NCBI GenBank assembly: GCA_036172245.1
Contig: JAYWIR010000005.1
Location: forward strand, 3,596,001-3,660,000
DNA length: 64,000 nt
Origin: Raillietiella orientalis
Lineage: Eukaryota
Direction of reading: 5' to 3'
Position numbers and translations under genes: made by a program. A model generated the notes under the pieces. That model had not been told where the DNA came from. It saw only the letters and a program-made list of their open reading frames with translations, and searched no databases. Shown in pieces: positions 1 through 8,984 of the stretch. How positions within the stretch are numbered: position 1 is the stretch's first letter; each line of letters starts with the position of its first letter.

Positions 1-92
1 CAGTCCAGCGACCAGCTTGGCGTCCGTTTTCACAATTGTGATCGGACGCCAGTTTCCTAGGGATCTCAGGTCTCCTCCCTTCGGGAGCAGAC
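1..92 (-). mobile_element. Fragment of a non-LTR retrotransposon RT on the minus strand, running off the left window edge
   Basis: The reverse complement reads LLPKGGDLRSLGNWRPITIVKTDAKLVAGL, the RT N-terminal NWRPI motif. It resembles LLPEEGDLRKLSNWRLITIVNTDAKLIAGL at ~16360-16450. The first ~26 aa of ORF 17..2365 are therefore the antisense of this fragment. Confidence 0.8.
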
Positions 93-2661
93 CGAAGAAG
101 AAGAAGCGCAAGGCGCCAGGTGAGGATGGTCTGCCTGCGGAGTTCTTCCAGTGCTTCGCGGCGGAACTCATCCCCCTGGTGCTGAGGCTTTCTGCGCTGA
201 TGCGAGAGACGGGCAATGTCCCGGCCTCGTTTTGCTCAGCAAGGGTGCGTCTGTTGCCGACAGGCGGAGACATGCGCCATTTAAGCAACTGGCGTCCCAT
301 CACCTTGGTGAATGCGGACGTCAAGTTGTTCTCCAGGCTGTGGGTCGCGCGCCTGGGCAGGATCGCTGGATCCGTGGTAAGTCCGGAGCAGTCTTACGCT
401 GTTCCCGGGCGGTCCATGGAGGCGAACCTGTTCTTCGCGCGCACGTGGCTCGAGCTGCAACGCTGCGTGGCGCACGACAGCCAGGCAACCGCGTCTGCGG
501 CTGCCGAGGCTAGGCGTCACTGCATTCGGCCTGAAGAAGCGCCGGGTGCCTTGGCGGTCGCGGTCGATCTCCGCAAGGCGTTCGATTGCGTAAATCAGGA
601 TCTCCTGCTGGAGCTCCTGGAACGCCTCGGTCTCCCGGTGCACCTCGTGGCGTATTTGCGCGCTTGCTGGCGCCACGCGCTCATTTCCATCTCTTTTAGC
701 GGCTGCCACGTGTACGGCGTGCCGGTGCGGCGAGGCATCAGGCAGGGCGACAGCTTAAGCCCGTTGCTCTTCAGCATCTTCTTTGAGTTGGTGCTGAGGG
801 CAAACAGGCTGACGCTGGCCAATCTGCCGAGCTCTTGTCCAGGAACGCCGTCCGTGGCGGCCTATGCTGACGACCTGCTTCTCCTCTTACCCATGACCAC
901 CCCGGCGTCCAGTCTCGAGGATTTCTTCGAGCTGATTCGCTGGGGAGCGGGCATGAGCGTCAACCGGAGCAAGAGCGTGGTCGTACCTATTGGTGCGGCG
1001 TGGGAGGGGCAGTCCGACTGGATCCGCCTGGGGATCCCGACCGCTTCCTCCGTGAAATATCTGGGCGTTCCGCTGGGGAACATCAGCCCAATGGAAGTGT
1101 GGTCGGACTGCCTTCGGAAGGCTTCGAATGCCCTGAGCCCGTTCCACCATGGCAGGTTCGTCCTGCCGGAGCGCGCCACGATATGGAAAACCTTCGTTGC
1201 CCCTCTCTTGCGCCCCCTGCTTTTTGTTTGCCCTCCCCCCTACTCGGCCAAGCTCCAGGCGCACAGCCTGTTGAGGAACGCTCTGTGGGGACCTGCGAGG
1301 TCCAGGATCCGCCTCAAAGACTTGGCGGCTCCGCGTCGGGATGCTGGCTTAGGCATCCTGACGCTGGAGAGAATCGAGCTGCAGGTGCAGCTTCGGATGT
1401 TGGCCCTGTGCGCCAACCTTTGGTCCACTCCGTGGTGCGCTCCCGCGCGCCTGCTTCTGCAGCGCTGCACAGGCAGCGATGGACTTCTGTCGCTGCGGCC
1501 GCACACGGAGCGCGCCACGAGAAGCTTCGGTTTCCCCTTGAAACCGCTGTATCGGCTCCTGGAAGCCCAGGGATGGATCTCCTGCCGCCCAACGAACTTT
1601 AAAGCCTGGCGGCAGGAACCGTTGCATGGCTGGGCAAAGCACCAGGATGTTTCCCTCCTGGAACTCCGTTGCGCTCACCTCTCCCCGTACTGCACGGTGG
1701 ATGAGGTGTGCAACAGCCAGGAGAAGTGGACCCGCCTGGCCGTCACCCCCCTCGAAGACGCACTGTCAGCCCTCAGGGCAAGAGATGACAGTTGCGAACC
1801 GGCGAGATGGGAGGTCGCCTGCACCATCGCAGGAACAACGCGACCTATTGGCGGCTGGAAGACTTGCGAGCTGGCGGACGCCGCCACACCTCGCCACGTT
1901 CCGAAGGGACTCCTTCGGTGGAGCGAACACTTGAGTGTGCCCCTTGAAGAACTTGTGGTTCCTCCCTCGTGTCTGAACACTTCTGTGTTCCCCCTTTCGT
2001 GGAAGCAGGACGTGATTATGCTGGTGCATTGGGGTTTTCACTCCAACCAGCGCACGGACCTTGTTTCCGGGGGAGTCGTCTCCCCAAACTGTAAGCGATG
2101 CGGGGAAGTGGAAACGCTCCCGCACCTGCTCCTGGACTGCGGTGCCCTTCTAGGACTGTGGCGAAGGCTGGCCTCAGCTCTCCTGCACCAGGGGGACACC
2201 GCGAGGGATTTGATGCTCCGCTTCTTCACGCCAGGCGGCCTGTCCTTAGGTGCTGTTGTTGCAACCGTGTGTTGCATTCGCGCCATCGACAAGGCCCACC
2301 GACAACTGGAGAAGTTGGCCATCCTTCGTCAGCCCACTGGCTTAGCCAGCGCCAGCGTGTCGTAGGCAGCCGAGTGGGCGCATCTTCCGTTCATCTTCTT
2401 GAGGAAGGAGATCGCCGTCATCCATTGCCGGTTCTGAAAGGAAGGAACGGCAGAACCAAAGACCCCTGTCCCCTGCCCTCCATATCTTTATTTTTATTTT
2501 TTCTATACGGTGTATTTGTGGTCCCCTCCCTCCCGTTCCGGACTTTCGGCATACCGACCTGCGTGTCGGGGATCCCACCCCCTTCGTTACTCTATGTCCT
2601 TTGTCCGGGAACTTTGTTCCCGGATAGTTTCTAATAAACGCCCCGGCGTACCCAAGTGATA
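93..2661 (+). mobile_element. 5'-truncated non-LTR retrotransposon (L1/Tx1-like), element A: RT, C-terminal zinc finger and 3' UTR
   Basis: Motifs KAPGEDG, NWRPITLVNAD, VDLRKAFD, GIRQGDSLSPLLF, AYADD, KYLGV and CKRCGEVETLPHLLLDC. Ends in AATAAACGCCCCGGCGTACCCAAGTGATA (2633-2661). Confidence 0.93.
95..2365 (+). pseudogene. Partial ORF2 (reverse transcriptase plus CCHC-type finger) of element A, no endonuclease or start codon
   Basis: Long open frame with the canonical RT motifs. TAG at 2363-2365 looks premature because the downstream AAEWAHLPFIFLRKEIAVIHCRF* (to 2437) matches the C-terminus AARWPYLDVEVKKEIADILPRF* of the 22.4 kb copy. Confidence 0.85.
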
Positions 2662-4819
2662 AACTGTCCACCTCCCGCGATCGTTTCGATCTCCTGGACG
2701 TCTGCCGCGGTGATCACGTGGATCTCCTGCAGCAGGGCCAGGTCGAACTCCCGCAGGGTGTCGGCCGTATCTCGTCTGTTGCCGTCGTCGCGCAGCCCGT
2801 TGACGTTCCAACTGGCCACGTGGATCCGAGGGCGACACGCGAGCCCAGGTGTTATTCCTGGAAAATTGGCTCTGCGGCGTCCGCCACCTGTTGGGGCGGG
2901 ACGCTAGGTGGAGGGGCAGGGTCAGGTGCTGAAGGCACCTGGTCCCCCTCCTCCATGGGTAACGGCGCTTCGGCCGGTTCACCCTCAGGTGGGGTAGCGC
3001 CTCCCTGTTCGCCCTCCTCCATGGGAGTGGCCTGCTCGACGGCTTCCGTGCGTGCGAATTCCACCTCCGGGTTTCCCACGCTGGCGTCGGCTTCTGGCTT
3101 CTCCTCCCCGCTCATGGAGGGGAGGCGCCTCCTCGGTTTTTGGGACTTACGTCCCGTTTTCCGGGGGGGTTACTTCGAGGAGGAGGATGCACTTCAGGCC
3201 CCCAGGTCGAACTCAGCTTCGGGGGCCTTCTTCGGCGGAGCCGGCCTGCGCACGGCCTTGCGTGATGGGTTCTCACGCTCGGCCAGCGTGACCGCGAGCT
3301 CCTCCGCCGCCTTCGCGAAGGCGGCGTATTCGCCGTCGGCGCGCGCGTCGCGCGGCTCACCCTCTGTGTAAACAGAAAGTTCGTTGTCGCGAACCTCGGG
3401 CGCGGCGGAAACGGCGAGGGGAGGTTCGTTGCCCCAGGTAGCAGCCTCAGGAACGCTTACGCGATCGAGTGCTACCGAGCACTCGCGGAGTTTTTTTGAC
3501 AGCGGCGCGGCTTTATTCTTTTTGCCGGCCGTGTTCTTTTTCTCCGTTTTCTTCAGTGGTTCTTTCACCACTTGTTTCTCTCTCCTGGCCTTTACCAGTT
3601 GCCATCCCTCCTCCACTCCCGCGTCTTCCGCGGTTTTATCCTCCGACGCCTTGGTGAGAGGAAGAGGAGATGGCGGCTCGGGCCGGCCAGTTTCTCGCTT
3701 AGGTCTTTCGACCTTGTTCATTTTTTTGGCCTGCGCCTTTTTATCAGCTGGTGGCACCGGGGTGGGGCGTTCAGGGCACACACGACGCACGTGTCCCTTA
3801 ACCCCGCACAAGTGGCACTCGATATTCGGGCACCGCTTGCGCAAGTGCCCTACTGCATCGCAGTAGCCACAATAGCGGGGTTTCCCCACGTACCAGAGGT
3901 CGACGGATTCCTTCGCGACCTCCAGTTTGTGGGGCAACCCAGCACCCTCATTGACAGTGACACGCGCTGCAGCCTGGCCTCCGAAATGGCTATGAAAGCC
4001 TTCGAAGATGGTGGGCTTTGGCCACAACGCGTGTACCTCTCCGTATTTCATCAACTCGGAATTGACCGCCGAGCGCGTCATCCGATTTGTGATTCCGGTT
4101 AGATGGACCACTACGGAGCGGTCCATGCTAACCGGTAGGATTTTCCGGCCATCCACATTCAGCGGGGTGTTTATCAGGCGCTGTGCTAAGGCTACGTCTT
4201 TGCAGACGACCTCCACGCGCTGCCCCTCGCTGAGTACGGAGAGGCCGTCAAGATCCTCTTCTCTTACAGGAAAGTCCTGTAGTGCCTTACTGAAGGCCCG
4301 GGCGGTGCGACCATCAAACAGGGGTCCTACCTTATAAACCAGAGATGGTTTATATCCTGAGGCCCTGTAAGCCGCTTGCTCCGCCAAGGTTTCCGCGCTC
4401 GGTGCGGCCACCATGGCGCTCCACGTCCTCGGCGTTGCCCTGGATGATTCCGGGGCGGATGCCCCTGATCCAGTAGGCCGTGGAGGGGAACAAGCCTCCC
4501 CCACGCCTACCTCCATCGTGGTGTCCTCTGGCAGCGATGCCATCGGACACCAACGATGTGAAACAGCACACACTTAACCAAAAAACCCGCTTTCCGGTAC
4601 TCGTACGCGGAGCGCCGGAAAAACACGTCCGCTCTCGAGGAGAGGGAGTTGGGGAGGGGTCGCCAACAGCAGGACCTTTCTGCAGGCGCGCACCTTTTCC
4701 AGATGCGCTGATGTCAGCCGGCTTGCGGAATACAAGGCGAGAGCCGAGCGCCAGGTCTGGCAGTCTGGAGCATCTTGCTTGCTCGACGAAAAAGGCCTCG
4801 AGTGCTCGACACCAGCCGG
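2662..4819 (-). mobile_element. 5' half of a non-LTR retrotransposon, element B: 5' UTR, ORF1 and start of the APE endonuclease, cut off by element A
   Basis: Gag-like ORF1 followed by ASWNVNGLR...FDLALLQEIH (ORF 2631..2819), the APE endonuclease N-terminal motifs, ending at the tail of element A. Confidence 0.88.
3194..4543 (-). CDS. ORF1 (gag-like nucleic-acid-binding protein) of element B, with an RRM-like region and two CCHC zinc knuckles
   Basis: ATG at 4543 (MASLPED). Contains CGYCDAVGHLRKRC and CHLCGVKGHVRRVC. The same frame resumes past stops at 3194-3196 and 3170-3172 into ORF 2852..3115, so these stops are probably premature. Confidence 0.85.
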   Translation of the reverse strand: MASLPEDTTMEVGVGEACSPPRPTGSGASAPESSRATPRTWSAMVAAPSAETLAEQAAYRASGYKPSLVYKVGPLFDGRTARAFSKALQDFPVREEDLDGLSVLSEGQRVEVVCKDVALAQRLINTPLNVDGRKILPVSMDRSVVVHLTGITNRMTRSAVNSELMKYGEVHALWPKPTIFEGFHSHFGGQAAARVTVNEGAGLPHKLEVAKESVDLWYVGKPRYCGYCDAVGHLRKRCPNIECHLCGVKGHVRRVCPERPTPVPPADKKAQAKKMNKVERPKRETGRPEPPSPLPLTKASEDKTAEDAGVEEGWQLVKARREKQVVKEPLKKTEKKNTAGKKNKAAPLSKKLRECSVALDRVSVPEAATWGNEPPLAVSAAPEVRDNELSVYTEGEPRDARADGEYAAFAKAAEELAVTLAERENPSRKAVRRPAPPKKAPEAEFDLGA

Positions 4820-6020
4820 TATATATATCGCCCGGATTTGCCGGGGCATTTATTACTGAAATTTTTATATGATAAAAATTTCATGATAAAGTCTTTGAAA
4901 TTATAGTCTTCAAGTCTTTGGGCAGAACACGTGGTTCTGCCTGTCTAGACACACTTCCTGCTGCCAGTTCGCAGGCCGCAGAAATCCTGCCCGGATGCGA
5001 TGGGGAAGGGAAAACTACAAACAAAAACCGAAAAAACAAATTACAACCAAGGGAAGGGAAATGTTTTGGGGGAGGGGAGGGCTGGGAGGGATCACTGGTC
5101 GCTCCGAGAGGTACTCTGCATCCTTTTCAGGGTGCGGGGAAGTGCCGGACATAGTGATCTTAGCCGGGACCATCGGGAACCTTTCTCAATGTTGAGGTCC
5201 GCCCATTGGATGGCATTCCGGCTGTTATGACCTCTGTAGGACGCAGTCCATTTTGCCAGGATCCCGCGTATGCAGTAGAGGACTGCTACACACGCAGCTG
5301 CTGGCTGGACGTCCTGCATAAAGGGGCGACGGAAAATGTTTTTCGGGTCGACCCCGGGAATGTTCAGAGTCGCTGAAAGTCGATCCCACATGGGACGAAG
5401 GGCAACACACTCGATGATGAGGTAGGGGAAAGTCTCTCTTTCCTCGCACCCTGCACAGTTGACATTCACAGTCCCTGAAGTTCAATGGAAGAGGCGTGCT
5501 TTGCAAAGGATTCTTCAATAGAACACTAGCAGCGCCGTCTCCTGCCATTCCAGGGACAGGGTGCAAGAATCCCAGCACGCTGGGAGCCACTTCACCTCCT
5601 CTATAGGTATGCCGAGCAGCCCGCCCCAGCGCACAATTCCTTTAGACGGGACGCTCGGGATCGCAGCATCCGCTAACACCCGAGTCCCCCACGCCTTCAA
5701 TGGTTATCTCCTGCCTTGGATGAGGCAGGACACTTCCCACAATGCTCGTTCGTTGCCGTCCCCGATGTTCTGGAGGGAGGACAGCACGGGGACAAGGGAG
5801 GTCAAAGTAGCCCACACAAATTTACGCGGGTTGTTGATTCTCTCCTTTAGGGCTGTCCAGAGTTCGGTCCTCGACGGCGACAGTTGTATTCCGCGTCGCT
5901 CGTGCCGTTGATCTTGGCCCACACTAAGACTCACTCCTGAAGGCAGTGCAGTTCGCGGGGAGGCAGGAGATCCAGGTATTCTCCGTCACCAGGGCGACCA
6001 TCCGGGGCAGATGGAAGCCA
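4820..6020 (-). mobile_element. Decayed 3' part of a related non-LTR element (D), head-to-tail with element B
   Basis: ORFs 5092..5469 (CAGCEERETFPYLIIEC), 5515..5700 and 5704..5934 match the C-termini of elements A and C. The minus-strand terminus is AATAAATGCCCCGGCAAATCCGGGCGATATATATA (4854-4820). Confidence 0.85.
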
Positions 6021-6024
6021 CACT

Positions 6025-6458
6025 TGTTGCCGGAGCTCCGTGCACGACGCACTCTCGACACTGATCTCGGCAGCCTGATCGCGACAAAGTTTTACATCCG
6101 CGTGGCCGTCACCGTGCTCCGTGTGCTCCAGACGTCCCAGACGCGAACACGAGAGAGTCCGTGGCGATGGCAGCCTCCTACTTGGGGGAGGCCGCAAGGT
6201 GAACACGCCTACAAGCACCAGTAAAGCCAATGTACAGAGCCTGTTCGCAAAAAAAGAAACGGCAAGCAACGTCAATCCCTGTCCCCATCGCTTCCTTCGT
6301 TTCTTGTCCCTTCGTTTTCGTCCTCCGCTACGAGTTGCGCTCACCGGACAGTCGGTGGGCTCTTCTTCCCTTCAAGTTATTCAGTGTTCCACTGAAAACT
6401 CAAATGCAAATTGAATTATTTTCCTTAAATTAACGCCCCGGCATGCCCGGGTGTAAAA
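6025..6458 (+). mobile_element. 3'-end fragment of a related non-LTR element (E); copies at ~30080-30740 (-) and ~38500-39398 (+)
   Basis: ESVAMAASYLGEAAR resembles DAVELAVRYLRIATRW of element C. Terminal AATTAACGCCCCGGCATGCCCGGGTGTAAAA at 6428-6458. Confidence 0.72.
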
Positions 6459-6870
6459 TTCCAGGAGAGCTACTCACGAGTGGGATCCACGCACGAGAAT
6501 CCTTGAGGCACGCTGGCCGGCGGATGCGAGGAGAAAAATGTGCACGGAACTCGAAAACATCAAGCGTGAAAATCCAGCGGAATTCGAAACTCTTCCGGGA
6601 TGGCGAGCAGCTGGATTTAAAGGCCTCTGGGCCAATGCGCACATCATTCCTGCAATATTGCTACATCACAGGAAAGAGTGCTGGTCATCGCAGAATTTCC
6701 TCCATTCCACGTCGGCGTCTCCTCAGCTCCGTTGCCAGATCCGTGGTAAAGCATCCGTGGACTGTAAGTGCGCGCGTGCTTGGTAAGCGTTCCCGCAGCA
6801 CTCTGTAACTGCAGTTTTCCTTCCTTAGCTTTGGATGCCATCGCGTCGTGAGAAGATCGTGGATACCAGA

Positions 6871-7829
6871 ATGTTGCAACGCAATGTTTGTGCGCTTCTG
6901 CTGGGAATGTTCGTTCTGAACTGCAGTAAGTAGGGGCAATCGGAGTGAAGGGTGACCGTGCGGTGTGCGCTTGCTTGACCTCATTTTCCGCCTTGAAGAA
7001 GCAACACTTTTGTGTATCAGCGGGAAGTTTTTCCGAAGGTGCTCGAAGGAACTTCCGTCGGGGCAGCATCCGTTGCGTCTTTCTGAGTGCTGGAAACGGC
7101 GGCATGTGCGGAAAAGGAATAGGGAATTCCTAGTCGATCCGGAAATGCCCCATCCAGCATTCGTCGGGAGCACGCAAATTTGTGACCTGTTGCCGTGGGG
7201 ATCGAGTGCGACGCGACCCTAGTTCGTGAACCTTGGCGCGAAGGCGAGCCACAAGCGAGTGAGTGATTTGCTGCACTTTCAGTCCTGACCACGAAGCACG
7301 TCAGCTGCCAATACGATCCCGATGGAAACGACATTAAATGGAAATCCACTGATAGGTGAGCTACTCAAAGCGGACCTCACCTGCTTGTTTCCTGCGTATG
7401 TCCTCATGGAAGGAACTGTTGTTATGAATAACCTGGCACTTCAGGCGAGCTGCACACTTGGACGAGTGAAGTCTAGTGTGCACTCGAGCTACAGGATCTG
7501 TGGGCTCCCGGATTCTCTTGGGACTATGGACTTTTCTTATCTGAGGACTTTCCTGTCCTGAAGGGTTTCCTCTTCCCTAAGGGTTTCTTTCGATTCACCT
7601 GCTTGTCATTCTCCGCTTTCTCGAAGCATGTCTTCAAATTTGCAATGTCGATCCGTGAGATGCTTGTCATTTCTTGTCATTCGAACTTTCTTCTTGCAGG
7701 AGTCCTCGTAATGGACCTATAAAGTTACCCCAGTTGGCAACGGAAAAGGATCCGGTGGGAGGTGAGCCTTGCGATGACGATGCTGGCTGCCCAACTGCAC
7801 GCTGTCATTCCGACGAGTGTTTGCAATGA
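6871..7829 (+). CDS. Secreted cysteine-rich prepro-peptide, copy 1 (85 aa); exons 6871-6925, 7283-7355, 7700-7829
   Basis: Splice sites GTAAGT...TTTCAG and GTGAGC...TTGCAG join in frame. Product MLQRNVCALLLGMFVLNCILTTKHVSCQYDPDGNDIKWKSTDRSPRNGPIKLPQLATEKDPVGGEPCDDDAGCPTARCHSDECLQ*. AATAAA at 7839-7844. Probable 5'-UTR intron ~6764-6828. Confidence 0.85.
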
Positions 7830-8953
7830 GATTTTGTAAATAAAGTGTTTGCTTTTGTGCCTTCGATCTTCCGTTCTGCTGATTGTAGGGGATAAAGAAT
7901 TGTACTCGTGGAACAGCGAATCACTCTATCGAAGAAACGCATGCGGAATAGCCTTTCTCACACTTATCAGGGATCATGCTTCGTTCTAGCCAATTTTAGC
8001 TTTATTTCGTCTCCTTGGCGACCGGTGCGGTTTTGGAAATTCATGGATACATTGAATCTTCAGGGGGTTTCCTCCACGGTTCCAGAATATGGAGTTGTCG
8101 TGCTCTGACTGAAGCATGCAGGCAGCGTGCTCATCTTTGGAGAAGATGGACTCAACTGAACCGGTGGTTGTGGCTTCCTTCGACATCAAGGAAATTTCCG
8201 TATGTGGATTGCCAGTGTTGGTATATCATGAATTATGTTGCTCCTGGAGGCTGCACGCATCTCATGTTCGTGTTTTTCTCCGCTTGAGTGTGCGTCGCTG
8301 TGTGCTGTCCACTCTCGAGGTTTTCCCCTTTTAAGCACTTTGGCAACTCTCCGAAGCCTTTTAGCACTTTTGGCTTCACCAACGTTTCTTTAGTTCCTCG
8401 AATGCAAGAAGAGTGCTTTTTTTACTACTCAGGTGCTGAACGACGACAGCGTTTGTTGCCGTTTGCTAAGTGCATGTGATATGGAATGCAACATAGGGGA
8501 AAACAGATGATTTCTTTTGGATGCGTTATTGGAGATTTGAACTTGCAGCTGTAAGCACTTTCTAGAGATCAGAGACACTTTTCACCATAAATTGGCTTGC
8601 GTAAATGGCGTTTGCAGAGACGAATACGATGGGTTTATCGAATTGTTCGTGGATTCTTTGCTTGGGAATCTGGAATTCGACAGCCAAAAGGGAAGTGAGG
8701 CTCGTGTAGATGCTCTCTTCTCGTGAGATTGCTCTCAGATGGTGGACATTGAGGTGTGCATCTCTCTGTGTATTCTTTTGTAATTTCCCATCTATTTTTA
8801 CATGCTTTCGTGATATTGAGCCGTGGTTTGAGCATTTTCAAATGGTTGATAGTCAAGAAGTACTTCACATGCATCTGTCTTCAGTTCCTCTCTCTTATGC
8901 ACGTAATGCTTTGGAACAAGCAGATGCTATGTGTGAAATTGAGGTCTCCCCAG

Positions 8954-8980
<27 letters not shown>
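8954..8980. repeat. (TA)n microsatellite; a copy one unit longer at ~41895-41923 and another (TA)n at ~55448-55470
   Basis: Read directly from the sequence. Confidence 0.95.

Positions 8981-8984
<4 letters not shown>

Noticed and set aside
17..94. N-terminus of the 782-aa ORF as a real start
   Set aside because: It is the antisense of a separate minus-strand RT fragment that happens to be fused in frame, and the start is TTG.
2649..2657. TACCCAAGT resembling nematode spliced leader SL1 (NeSL-type target)
   Set aside because: Only 9 nt, and the other copies of the terminus read CCCGGGT or CCGGG here, so it is a mutated stem.
6443..7561. Recurrent unspliced ORFs in the repeated block (MPPFPALRK 153 aa, MRLLDLIF 85 aa, METTLNG 79 aa and others)
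   Set aside because: They recur only because the DNA is duplicated. They overlap introns or the antisense strand of the spliced peptide gene and show no recognisable motifs.
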